Below, in pieces: positions 23,801 to 36,613 of a stretch of 64,000 nucleotides of DNA; positions within the stretch are counted from its first letter, which is position 1; the number at the start of each line of letters is the position of its first letter. Below the pieces are notes generated by a model. It ran no database searches. It saw nothing but the letters and a program-made list of their open reading frames with translations, and was not told the origin of the DNA. The translations under genes were made by a program, and so were the position numbers. Source of the DNA: the human T2T-CHM13v2.0 reference genome, Homo sapiens; NCBI RefSeq assembly GCF_009914755.1, contig NC_060938.1; one strand, given 5' to 3'.

Positions 23801-24968
23801 TCCACTAGGCAAAAAAAAAACAGGAAGAGGAGGCACCCTGACGCCTCCCATCCCTGCCTTCCCTCCCTTTCCTTCCGCTAAACTTCAGAAGACACTTTAT
23901 CAGTCCTATCCTAGGCACTAACACATTCTGCCTTTAATCACCTTAAATTACCTCCCACCAATAGGCTGTGACTCCCTGGGGCAGGTCTATGTTTATCGGC
24001 TCTGTGTGTGGGGGTATGTGCTCACATCTAGCCCAAGTCTGGCTTTTAATTCAATGCAGGGAAGAGCATGTGGTTAGCTACCAAAAGCCTTTCATTATAG
24101 ACCTGAACTTATCACTGGGCATTGGTTTTCCCACTTTCCATAATGGTATAGCCCTTACTTACATGGAAAACGTAGTGCTATCAAGTGTGTCTGTGACTGA
24201 ATGTCCAAACTTTTCTAAATAAGGTCCACTCCCAGAAGGAATCCAGGTCCTCCTCATGGCACCATAAGGGAGATGAAGGAAAGAGATGGACTGGCTTCAA
24301 TTGTTTAAAACTGGTTGGTTGTTCATGTCATTCTTATTTTTCTTGCATCTCTCCCCTCCATCTCCAAATGCAAGGCCTGGGGAGAAATAATCTAAATGAC
24401 CTGTCCTATGTCACTTGTCTACCCCTCAGCTATATGCTGAGAGGAGGCGTTTAGTTGACAGACCCTCTGACAAGGCACCCAAGAGTGTCCTTCCCCAAAA
24501 AGAAGTCGGGGCTGGGGCCAAAAGAGAAAGAAATTTGTAACAAATGCCCCTACAAGAGGGAGGGAGAAACAAGTTCTCAAAGCCTAAGCTGTTGTGGTGA
24601 GCATTTGAGAAGTGTGTATAACTCCAACCTTCCCCTGTTGTTAAGAGAACGCTGCATTCTCCTCTATCCCCCAACTTTCTCATCAAAATCAGGTTGATCC
24701 CTTGCTGTGAAATATTGCAGGTGAGCAGATGCTGTTTCTTAACTTGGGACATTTGTCAAAGAATTTTGACAAGTCCTTGTCAATAAAGACAAAAAATTCC
24801 AACCATGTGACGATACCATGTTAGGAGAAATGACAACACATGCGTTGTTCTTTCCACTCAGTGTTTGCCCTTGAAGTCATATATTCTCTTTCTTATTACA
24901 CAGAATTTATGAGGTTCCCTAATGTTTAATCTTCTGCTTGAACTTTGATCTAGAACCAAGCATCCTTC

Positions 24969-24991
24969 AAAAAAAAAAAAAAAAAAAAAAA
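24969..24991. repeat. Poly(A)23
   Basis: Mononucleotide run with no attached SINE body visible. Confidence 0.95.
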
Positions 24992-25039
24992 TCTACCCAA
25001 ATCAGAAAGAATCCAAACCAGAAGCATAAAATGTGAGAT

Positions 25040-25270
25040 TCTTAGTGTGGTAGAAAAGCTTTGCTATCAGACGGAACTGGTTTCCAAATTCAGCTCTACC
25101 GTGACTGGTTGCATGACATCAGGCAATTAATCCAAGCCTTGATTTCCTTATTGGTAAAGTGGAAATTAAGAGTGCCCTCGTTATCTGGGTATCATGAAGT
25201 TTCAATGTGATAACGCTTCATTGCCATCATTTATCCTCCCTCAGCTCTGTGGTACTCAATACATGGCCAT
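25040..25270 (+). mobile_element. MIR
   Basis: TAGTGTGGTAGAAAAGC...CAAATTCAGCTCTACC...CCTTGATTTCCTTATTGGTAAAGTGG. Confidence 0.6.
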
Positions 25271-25989
25271 TTGTGGAGTGAAGGCTGTGCCTTGGGAGCT
25301 TTGTATGTAATATTTCTATGCCTTACAACTTCACAAGGTTATGTAGTCCCCATTTCACAGAAGAGCAGACGAAGGTTCAGAGAAACGTGCTCTAGCACTA
25401 GCAAGCTCTTTCAGATACTGCTGGCTGCCTAAGCGATCAAAACAGCATTATCTCATGGGGGCTTTGCAACGGTTGGAGGCAAATGAGCACTGAAGGGTCA
25501 GAGGCATCGCTCCCTGCAGCCAGGCAGGACCTGGGGCTGCTGGAGCCCCAGCAGGTCAGCCCCCACTCTATTTATTCCAAGGTGCCGAAAACCTGTTCTC
25601 ACTATCATATTCTATGTGTGCCAAGACATTTTAAAAGGTTGGAAAGAATGAAGTCAAAGAACTGAGAAAATTCCGAAAGGATAAAATAGGGGCTGAGTTA
25701 TTTAGAGTCCCCAGGTCACTGAGTCATCAGAAAACCCACCAACCTTGACTCATGAATGGCCGCTCAGAGAATATCTCCCTGCAGCCCATCTAGGCGTCTG
25801 GACCCTCATCTGTTTTTCAAACAAGTAAATGTCCAGGCAGCCTGTTTGCCTGGCGATTGGTCCCCTTGGCGATTAGATTACTTGTTTCTAGACTTAGGAA
25901 ATGAAAGAGATGAGGTGAGGAGTGGGGAAGAAGGTTAGCCAGGGTGGAGAAAGTGAAAGAATTTCAATATCACATCTCTTTCCTTATTC

Positions 25990-26400
25990 GGGCAAAATGA
26001 AAAGGCCTCATTATTAAATCACAAAGCAATTAAAAAATTAAAAATTTCATAAGACCCTACATAAAAGAAATACAAGTGTTTAATGATGGATTAGAAAGTG
26101 GAAGTAGGGGGAAGAGAAAAAGTAAAAGCCCGCTTGTCTCAGGGGGTTCCCTCTCCGGCGGTGATAGTGGTTTCTGCCTTCACCCTCATGCCAGCCGCAA
26201 GAACTAATAAATTCCGGGCTCCCCTGCCTAGAAGCCAAGGCCGATTAATATCTGCCTACCTTGTTACCTAATTCATTATGGAATAGCAGTTAATTTGATT
26301 TGATATTATTTTAATAAAATTCTGTAATATATTAGATTGTTTCAGGCTATCAAAATAATTTTCCAATTATTACGGTTACTCAAGCAAGTCTTTTTTTCCC
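25990..26400. promoter_or_regulatory. Candidate conserved non-coding enhancer
   Basis: Repeat-free AT-rich block with TAATTCATTA, TAATATATTA, TAATTTGATT. Confidence 0.35.
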
Positions 26401-27010
26401 CCTTCATGAGCAGCAGTTGGTCTGACTCAGAATACATTAGCCCCTACAGCTTCATCCTGGCCAGGGGAGCAGGGGAGCTATGCATGGCTACCCAGAAGAG
26501 CTCTGCCAAGAACAGGTGCCTGCAGTTCGCAGCCACGGACTGATGTGGATTCGTGGCCCCCGTGGCTCTCTGACCATGGGGCTGGTGACCCTTCCACCAC
26601 TGGGTTAAATTTTAAGAGGATGTTGAGATAAATGTATATTAAAAGATCACTAACTGTTGAGATTAGCGAGTGTGCGCTGGGTGATCAATAATGCCTGGTG
26701 GAGACAGTGTGTACTTTAAAAGCTCAAGTTCAAGTGCTGGCTTCACCAGGTCTTCACTCTATTGACAGACTGACCTCCAGCTCGTCGTGTGCAAAATTAG
26801 GTAGGCTCACCTGATGTACAGCATTGTGAAAGATGTCAAATTCCATCACTTGTGCAAAAGTGGTGAATGCTGACCTGTAATTGTCTCTAAGACATGAATT
26901 CCCTCTTCCCTGTTAATCCACCTGGGAGCTAAAGCTGAGGGAGAAACAAAACCTCAAGAGGGAATCTGGGGGAAAGATGCTTGACATGCAGTGGGAAGCC
27001 TGGGTCTAGG

Positions 27011-27322
<312 letters not shown>

Positions 27323-27469
27323 TGATGGGCATTCTCCCTGAGTAGACATAGCAGGCAGTAGGGACCCTCAGTGTCTGTTCCACGACTGGAGACTCACGTT
27401 CTTTTTCTTTGTCGCTGGTTCTCTTATGGGGCCTCCCCAATGTGTTGAGACAGTTGATGTGCTCAGCCA

Positions 27470-28200
27470 CTCATTGATTCATTCAGCAAACATTTCTCCA
27501 GCTCCTTGGATGTGCCTGGTACCCTGCTATGGTGAGCAGGTCAGAGAGAGTACCCTGTGCACAGTGTTTGTAGGGCACCAGTGCAGCATCAGCAGCCAAC
27601 ACATAGTAGGCACTCAATGAATACAGCTGAGTTAATTAGTCCATTGAGCATGGAGGGACTATGCATGAGCCAAATAATCACATAAGCAATTACAAGTGAA
27701 ATAAACAACTATAGAATGAGAATCTATGAAGGAAAAGCACAGTGTGCTACAAGACTTGACAGCAAGGGGACTTGGCCCACGAAGTCGGTAGAGATCCAGA
27801 GCATGGCAGGGATTAGCCATGGGAAGAGGGAGAGAAGAGCACTCCGGGCAGAGCATGGCGCAAGCAAAGGCTCTGGGGTGGACATGCTGGCAGAGGGCTC
27901 TAGGGTACAGAAAGAAGGCCACTGTCAGGGAGCGGAAGGGGAGAGGTAGGTGGAGACCAGGTCCCCAGGGCACCTGGCCAGTGGTCATGTTAAAGTCATG
28001 GCTTGACCCTGTGAGCCACGGGAAACAGAGGGACCCTGAAGCTTGGGATTTCTTAAAGCTTGCTCCGTGCAGTGTGGAGAAAGGATTGGCACAGACAAGA
28101 ACAGGTGGCAGGTGTGGACAGCTCATGAATAAGCCGTGGCAGGTGCCCGGGGAAGAAATGACATCAGTCTAGACCTGGGCAGATGTCAGGGTGAGCTTCT
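27470..28200 (-). mobile_element. L2 fragments (with a small + strand L2 tail at ~27590-27640)
   Basis: CATTCAGCAAACATTT; AGAGCACTCCGGGCAGAGCATGGCGCAAGCAAAGGCTCTGGGG. Confidence 0.6.
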
Positions 28201-30529
28201 GGGGTTGGGGGATCACTCACTCCTGGGTCACGCAGCAGGGGAAGTTCTGAGCAGGGGCGCAAAAGCAGAGGCTGCTGGGCATTGTGGCCATGCCTGGCCA
28301 CCCTCCCCTTGCCCCAGCACCTCCCAGCATCCCCAGCCCTCTGATATCTGGCTCATTTTGCATGCCAAGGTGCCCCCTGTCCTCGCCAGGGCCTTGTATG
28401 CTCGAAGCTGGCCAGCCTCTCACTGAGCCGATGCCACCCCATCCATGGAGCCCCAGAATCCACGTTGCTGTTACTTGCTCTGTCCTGCCAGGCCAGGCAC
28501 GGGAGGATTTTTAACCTTCCCTTCCACAGAGGAAGAAATGACCCATATGTGCTTCAGCTCACCAGGTGAGCCTCCCACGGGCTCACGCGCTTATGTGTTT
28601 TCATCTTTCTGCCCTTGGAATGGGTGATTGGAACATGACTCCCAATGGTAAGGAAAGAATCGTAACCTGGTCACACATGGGAAGTTCTGATGCCTTCTGG
28701 GGTAAGGAAGAAGATGCTGATGGGGAAGCGGGTGAGTGAACTCTGGCTACCCGCAAGGCAGGGACTGAGGAGGGCCCGGGCCCAGAGGAACAGCCTGGGA
28801 GGTGGACTCCAAGACCCCCCAGCTCTTGCCCTCCCCTCAGTCCAGACCCAGGGGGACAGGCCACCAGTGGTGTCACCTAGGAGCACTGTCTACTAGGTGG
28901 GAGTAGAGAGGGAGCCAGAAATGTATAGGGCCTGGTGACCCAGGCTGCTGGGGTCTCTGAGACCCTGTATTTCTGTTCAATCTTCCCAGCTCACTGGAAA
29001 CCAAGCAGCCTGCCCTCAGCTGTGCTGTGGATTAGACAGAGGGGGTCACTTGGCCACACCTGGGGGCCGAGCATTAAAAGAGAATTAGGAAGGAATGAGC
29101 AGCTGAGTTCAGGCTCCAGCCCCAAGCTGTGGGAGCTTGGAGGCCAGGAAGGTGGTGGCTTCCATCCACAGGGCAAACACTGAGCCCCTACTCTGTGCCA
29201 AGCCCCAGCTACATGCTGGAGACTCAGGGATGAGCAACGCCAGCCCTCAAGCTGCAGGGCAGGCTCACAGCTCAGTGGAAGTGGAGAGGGCAGGAAAAGT
29301 CACTGTGATTGAGGGGCTGATGCTGCCTAGGAGGGAGCTTGTCAGGTGCTCCTGACAGGGAGCAGAAAGTGCAGGCAAGAACTTGGAGAACACTGTGGTC
29401 CAAGAGACAGCCCCAAGTGGGTTAGGGATGCGGGTGGAGGGTGCAGAGCCCAGATCCACAGAGGGAGGGAACCAGCCAGGGATGGGGAGAGGAGAGGGCA
29501 TGCCTTCATAGGAGCCTTCCAAAAGGATGACTCTGCATGGGATTAATGGAGGATTAGAGAAGAGAAGACAGAGGCTGGGGGCCAAGGGGACTCAGGAAAG
29601 ACCTGAGCCAGGGCCTGGACACACAGTCAAGCAGAAGCCCATCAGAGGCTGACTGAGGGGCAGCAGGGGCCAGGCTTGGGGGCGGTGGCCACGACATAAC
29701 ATGCATGAGGGCCAGGGCTGCAGGTGCCTGGGCTAGGGAGTGGAAGTACTGCTGCCCCATCTCATGGCAGTTTGCTCCTCCTTTAGCTCCATGGGGCAGC
29801 GGTACCCCAGGCATCTGGGCAGGAGAAACAGCCATGGAAATATGTGTTTGAGTCTCAGAAAAACAGCCATGCAATTTCATTTCACTAATATGTTTGGAGC
29901 AGCATGGGGCCTGACATCAGGACGGCCTCACATGCAGGACGCTTCCCAGAATTTGGGGAGTGACAATGTCTCAAGGTTATCCAATTTCCGTTCCACCTCC
30001 CATCCTGCAACCCAGACATTTGTCAAAGAAGTGAGGTCCCCAAATCCCATGACACTTGCCAGCCACAGTCTTCAGCTTCTTTGAGAGATGCCAGCAGAGA
30101 CACAAATGGCTCAGAGACAGACGTGTGGCTTGATTTCCGTGTTGTTGAATCACTGTGTTCCTGTCTCCACGTGGCTGTTCTTGGGTGAAGAGAGCTCCAG
30201 GAGCCACATGCTCCTATTCCGAGTTGATGGCTGTAAAGAAATGATGTGCCCCCTGGTTACGAAGCACCACTATTGTATCAGACTCGGGAGAAGGAGGCAT
30301 TTTGGTCTGTGATTTGATATTGCTTTTGTTAAATTCCCACTGTGGTAAGCTTATTGCCTAATGAAAGCTCTGTAGTGAGACATAATAAAGAAGAAAGATG
30401 TGTGTCTCATGCCAGCTTGCACCCCCTTAAAATAATATAGCATGGTTACTGGAAAATGTGTCCTTCAGAGGTAAGGTGCCTTTGATACCTTTCAAAGTGG
30501 GATCTTAATAATTCTTCACAAATTCCTAG

Positions 30530-30973
30530 GATCATGGGTCAAATGGTCCCCCACCACCACCACCAAGAAAATAGCTCCACCCAGAATCTGTGAATAGGAC
30601 CTTATTTGGAGAAAGGGCTTTTGCAGATGAAATTAAATTAAGGATCTTGAGATGAGATCATCCTGGATTATCTGGATGGACCCTAATCCAATGGCAAGTG
30701 TCCTATGAGAGAACGGTAGAGGGAGCTTTGAGATACATGTGGAGACCAAGGCAGAGATTGGTGTGATGCTGCCACAAGCCAGGGAACACTAGGAACCACC
30801 AGAAGACAAAAGAGGCAGGGAAGGATTCTCCTCCAGGGCCTTTGGAGTGAGCACAGCCCTGCACCTTGACCTTGGACATCTGGCCTCCAGAACCAAGAGA
30901 GAATAAATTTCTGTTGTTTCAAGCCCCCACCCCATTTGTGCTACATGTTACAGCAGCCCCAGGAACAAATCCA
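30530..30973 (+). mobile_element. MLT1C solo LTR
   Basis: GACCTTATTTGGA...TTAAGGATCTTGAGATGAGATCATCCTGGATTA...AATAAATTTCTGTTGTTTCAAGCC...GCAGCCCCAGGAAC. Confidence 0.9.
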
Positions 30974-32528
30974 CCTACCCTGTGTGAATGCACAATTTTA
31001 GATCAGAAAGCAAAAGTGACGGTTTTAAATAAAACAAATCCTAATCTACACATACGCATTCCTAGGAGAAAGGCTTAGGAATTACATACACGTTTAAGAG
31101 TTTTATTAAACCACATTAACTGAAGTTAATATTAACTAAAGTCTGAGTTGTCCTATGCAGATGACAAATCTATGCCTTGTACACTTGACCCCTGCTTAGA
31201 ACAACACTGTGAAGGCATCACCAACCAGTTTTCATATGGGGAAACCAAAGCTCAGAAAACTGATGCTTCCAGAACCTCCCAGCTAAAGGAGCAGCAAATT
31301 TGCAAAAGAATCCCAGGCTTTCTGCTTTGACAAACTATGTCCTTGTTTCAGAAGCAGCTTCTCACCAGCTATGACTTTTACAGTGGTTGTAAATAGCTTT
31401 ATTCCTAAGATGTAATATATCTGAATCAGAGGAAGCCGGTCTAAGTGACCAATAGGAACATCCACCCCTTCTGAGAACATCCAGTCTCCAAGCCCAAACT
31501 TTGAAGCCAAGAAGCTCAGTTGTTGTCTTTCTGTCTTGTCCATATGCAACCAAAGGTTAGGGCTTCTTTCAAAGACTCCTTTAATACATAATCAGCTAAG
31601 ATGATGGCAGAGCCTCAAAATTGCTACAAGATGGTTATAAAGTCTTTGTGTGGACAACTTTTCCATTTGGTGGTAAAACTGAAGAGTCTTATCACTCTTT
31701 TATAACTTTCTATATAACTTTTATGAAACCAAACAGCCAGCATCAAAGACTCGGGGCTGAAATTGCTCCTGTGATCCAGCCCAAGTGGAGAAATGGAGTT
31801 CCGAAAATCTTAAGTCTCACATGTGGTCTATGGCCTGCCCAGATGACTTGGCCGGGGAACATAGCCCCTGAGTAGACGGATGCAGGAGGAAGCTCAAATT
31901 TAATAATCACACTCGGTTACTGAATACAGTCATGAAGATGGAGGCAATGAAATATGTACCCACTGTGCCTTTGTTCATCAAGTACCAGAAGACCAGGAGG
32001 TATGATCAAACAGATGCAGAACTTGGAGGCAGGGTGGTCTACGCCTGGGGTCAGCCAGTAGGTGACCCACCTCATTGAACAGGTGCAAATCCTGAAAGCC
32101 CCAGGTGGACAGTCAGTGCTCTTAACCACACACTACATAAACGGAAAAAGGAAGAGTTCAAAGTTTGGAATTCATCAATGCTGGGTCCAAGCTTGCTCTT
32201 GGCCTCTCGCTTACTGTGTGACACCAGGCAAGACATTGCACCTTTTTCAGTCTCAGTAATCTCCACTGTCCAAGGAAGATGGTCATATCATCTTTCAGGG
32301 ATCACAAGAGGATTAGAAAAAATGTTTGGAAAGTAAGTGATACTGTAGAAGATAGCTGTTATTATTAGCAACTTAAAAGGAGGGGAAACAGCTTGATAAT
32401 TTGATATCTAAGAGCATGAGTTTTGAAGCCAGACCTGAATTTGAGTTCCAGTTCTGTCAGTCACTAAGGGTTAAGTCTAGATCTACATGTTTCATTTTTC
32501 TCCACTTCAGATGGGAGGATATAATAAT

Positions 32529-32937
32529 CTGGAACCTGTGAACATGATCTTACTTGGAAAGTCTTTGCAGAAGTAATTAAGTTAAAGATCTAGAGATGAG
32601 ATCCTCCTGGATTACCTGGGAGGGCTCTAGGTGCAATGACAAGTGTCCTTATAATGAAAATGACAGAGGAAGGTTTACATAGACACAGAGCAAAGCATCA
32701 CTTGATAACGGAGGCGGAGGCTAGAGTGATGCATACACAAGCCAAGGAACATGGGTTTCCAGCAGCCACCAGAATCTGGAAGAGGCACAGATGGGAGTCT
32801 CTCTCAGAGCCTCTAGAAGGAACCCACCTGTGGACACCTTGGTTTTGGACTTCTGCCTTCAGGACCCTGAATGAGTTTCTGTTGTTGTAAGTCACCAGTT
32901 TGTGTGAATTTGTTATGGCAGCCTTAGGAAACAGACA
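32529..32937 (+). mobile_element. MLT1C solo LTR (5'-truncated), adjacent to a MIR
   Basis: GTTAAAGATCTAGAGATGAGATCCTCCTGGATTA...TTGTTATGGCAGCCTTAGGAAACAGACA. Confidence 0.88.
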
Positions 32938-34442
32938 TTAGTTTAGCACAGCGCCTCGAATGAGAGACGCCCCTCTCAAACAGGGGCTGGGAGAGTTAGC
33001 GGAAGCAGCGGTACCCTAGTCTTTATTTGAGGAATTAGGAGACACAATCGTGGAGACATTTCCTCTTCCACCTCCCAGTGCCTCCTACCCCCATGTGGGG
33101 GACACTGTGCCTAGAAAGAACTGCCCTGCCACACCTCCTGTGACATCTCCAACATGTCACATGGAGCCTGTAAAAGACGTTAAGGCAGCCTGGTGAAGGC
33201 CACATGGTGAAGGTCACATAAACGGCAGAACCAAGATGCAACCTTATTTCCCCTGATCACCAACTGAGTGTTTTTTTTTTTCTGTCTTCATTTTGCTTTG
33301 TTTTGCTTCTGTTGAGGAGAGTTGCTTGTAAGTTGTTGTTATTTTTGCCCTTTAGACAAGCGCCCCTCGGATATCAGTCTCACATGGCCCTGGTTTTCCA
33401 TCATGTTTGGAATTGTCTCAAGATGGTTCCAAGCATCCTAATGTGACATTCTAAAAATGCTCTTAACGTAAAATTCATGATAATTTACCTTAATGGAAAA
33501 AGAAGGTAAACTTTGTGTACATTGTTCCGCAACTGTTAAGAGAAGAGTCAGGAATTAAACACACCCACACCCTCAGTTATGCAATGCCACCCTGAAGTTA
33601 GGGACTGAGTAGAGGACGCCCTTCTTTGGGTTAAAAATTTAAAAATGCAAGCGCATAGAACCAGATGTGTGGCATCCCCAAACCAACATGTCCAAATCAT
33701 GGCAGAAACCCCCAGCCCCCTCTAGAATGGCTTTTAACAGCTATACAAATTTGCAAGGCTGTTTCAGGAAGGAACATAAATCCTCTCCACTTCCAGGTTG
33801 CCCCTTCAAGTACATGGGACAGACATTCCCACATCCGCTGCCTCTCCAACTACAGGGCAGCAGGCCAGAGGCACAGGGCTACCCTGGTGTCCTCATGGAA
33901 ATCAGTGAAGCCTACACAGAGCTGATCATCTAATTGAGTGAGAAAGTGAGACCTGGAACATCTGGGTGGTGCATGAGAAGGATCTGTTGCTGCCCTGCTG
34001 GGTGGAGCTATAGCTGAGGGGCATGGCCCCACCTGAGTCCTCTTGCCACATCTGATTTCAGCGCAGCTGGGTAGATAGTTCCATGCATGTGGCCACAGCA
34101 GGGCACCTCTCTGCTTTGCCATCGCAGGGCAGGGCCTGGTTATGAATTCCCTAGGAGCCCAACCTCAACAGTGGAGTGAGAGTTGGTGGTTGAGTGGGCC
34201 AGCTTCCCAGCCTTCAATGCCACAAGGGTGAGGCACATTTATTTGGTCCTTCAGAGGCTGCCTAGAGGAAATGCATCCAGCTGCCCACAGCAGCCACCAT
34301 CTCAGTTATGTGCCATGTATTGGCTTTTCTCCTCTCCCCACCTCACTGTCCCCACCATCCACTCTGTGTGCTGGTGTCAGCAGAGTCTGCTTGAGAGGAG
34401 ACACTGAGCAAAGGCTGAGCACGTGAAGGAAACTGTGACCAT

Positions 34443-34703
34443 CTCCTTAAAAGGGCACTTCAGGAGGCTCTGAGGAAAGCCACGTTTGTCTCCCAGCTGA
34501 AAGCAAAGTCGAGGACAAGTTTTGGAATCTAAGAGACTTGCATTCAAATCTTGATCATTTCCTATGTACCTTGATCATTTGAAGCCACCTCCCTAAACGG
34601 GTACTTCAGGTGGCTCTGAGGAAGGCCACGTTTTTCTCCCAACTGAAAGCAAAGTCAAGGACAAGTTTTGGAACCTGAGAGACTAACATTCAAATCTTGA
34701 TCA
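34443..34703. repeat. Tandem duplication, period 146 bp
   Basis: 34443-34557 aligns ungapped with 34589-34703; 12 mismatches in 115 nt by hand count. Confidence 0.95.
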
Positions 34704-34850
34704 ACATGTCCTACCTTTGTGGTCATTGGATGAGACAATGAACCTCTCTTCAAGCCTCAGTTTCCTCATCTGTAAACTGAGGGTTAAAAGAGCCAACCTG
34801 CAAGCTTGGTGCAAGATTCAAGTGAGAAAGCATTTTTGAAGAGTCTTGTG
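34655..34850 (+). mobile_element. MIR
   Basis: AACCTCTCTTCAAGCCTCAGTTTCCTCATCTGTAAACTGAGG. Confidence 0.75.
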
Positions 34851-34859
34851 AGACCTCAA

Positions 34860-36004
34860 TTTTAAAAACAGAGCTATCAAATTTCCCGGCGGCCTGGGAG
34901 AAAGTCTATGTGACCTTGAGTTAGGTAAGAATTTCTTAGCTAAGACAAAAAAGCACAAGCCATTAAAGAAAAATATTGATGAATTGGACTCCATCAAAAT
35001 TAAATATTTATGCTCTTTGAAAGACTCTGTTAAGAGAATGAAAAGATAAGCCACAGTTTGGGAGAAAAATGTTTGCAAGTTGTTTATCTGACAAAAGACT
35101 CATATCCAGAATTTAACCAGAAATCCTACCAAAGAAGATGCATGTATGGCAAACAAGCATGTGAAAAGGTGCGTTCAACATCATTGGTGTTAAGAAAAAT
35201 GCAAATTTAAAAATCAAAATGAAATACTACTACACATTTATTAGAATAGCTAAAAATATACTGGCAATATTAAATGCTCTCAAGGATATGAGGCAACTGA
35301 AACTGTCACACATTGCTGGCGGAAGTGTGACATGGCACAACCTTTTTGGAGAATGGTTTGGCAGCATCTGACAAAGTTCATATATTCTTGCATGCGACCC
35401 AGCAAATCCATTCCTAGGTATTTACCTAAAAGTAATGAAGACATGTCCATACGAAAACCTGTATGCAAATATTTAGAGCAGCATTATTCATAATCACTAG
35501 CAGATCCACAAATTGTGGTGCATCCGTATCATGGAATACTACTTGGCAATGAAAAGGAATGAACTGTGAATACAGGCAACAACTTGATGGATGGAAAGTG
35601 TCTTATCCTAAGTGAAAGAAATGAGGGCCAAAAGCTACGTACTGTGTGATTCCATGTATAGGCTATGCTGCAAAGGCAAAACTATAGTAACAGAAAACAG
35701 ATCAGAAATTTAGAAGGTGACCATAGAGAGAAATGAGGGGCATTTTGGGGGGTGATGGAAGCATTATAAATCTTGATTCTCATGGTGTTTATACGATTCT
35801 ATGTGGTTTCCAGAGGTTGGGTTGGGGAGTGGCTACAGAGCGGCAGCAGGGAATTTGGTGGAATGACAGAAATACTCTATATGTTGACTGTGGCATTGAT
35901 TACACCACTATATACATTGGCTAGAACTTATAGACCAGCACACCTTTAAAGTATGAATTTTATGTATATAATTCGATCTCAATAAACTGGCTTGAAAAAA
36001 AAAA
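34860..36004 (+). mobile_element. L1M (L1ME/MD-like) 3' ~1.1 kb
   Basis: GTTAAGAGAATGAAAAGATAAGCCACAG, GACCCAGCAAATCCATTCCTAGGTATTTACC, end CTCAATAAA + poly(A). Confidence 0.9.
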
Positions 36005-36613
36005 GGCATGGACATGTAGCAAACTCTGGCTACAGGTAGGTTTAAGACCTTCAGGCTCTCACCTGCCTGTGTCCCATCCCACCACAGGCCTGTCCCACGC
36101 ACCTGCTCTGACATTTCCCCGGCCGCACCTCAGAGCATACACTGTCCTGTCTGCCCAGCATCTGCGTCTGTACTGGGGACTGCTTATCCCCAGAGGAAAC
36201 GGGCAGCTGTGCAGTTTACTGGAATGTGCTTCAGCATCCAGCCCACACTACTCAGGTGCTCCTGCCTCCGCCAAGCAGCATGACTTCGGACAAGTCATCT
36301 GGTCTAGATTTTGGCATCTGCAATGGAGGTGTCAATATCTGCAGGCAGATGCAGCAGTACCGGTCAAAGAAGGCTCTGGAGACTGCCTCCCAGTTCAGGG
36401 CCAGCTGCAACCCTCACTTGCTGTGGCTGCTGGACAAATCCTTTTGCAGCTCTGGGCCTCTGTTTCCTCACTTATGGGGCAAGGGAGAGACGAGCTTGGA
36501 CCTCCCTGGGTGGTGGTGGTGAGTTCTGCATAAAGTTGCAGAAAGCACCTAGCACTGGACAAAGTTCACACTCAATAATAAACTTCAGCTGTTACCACTG
36601 TCATCACAGTGAC

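Noticed and set aside
24969-24991. Poly(A)23 as the tail of a processed pseudogene
   Set aside because: No upstream ORF, nearby polyadenylation signal or TSD recognisable.
27470-27640. Inverted L2 3' ends as a possible miRNA hairpin
   Set aside because: Arms are too diverged to pair by eye.
30530-32937. Two same-orientation MLT1C LTRs ~1.55 kb apart, the spacing of a full MaLR provirus
   Set aside because: The intervening DNA lacks MaLR internal sequence and contains older MIR fragments; two independent solo LTRs are more likely.
34443-34703. Repeat-spacer or CRISPR-like interpretation of direct repeats (also 62453-62489)
   Set aside because: Only 2-3 adjacent copies with no unique spacers, in a eukaryotic context with no cas genes.
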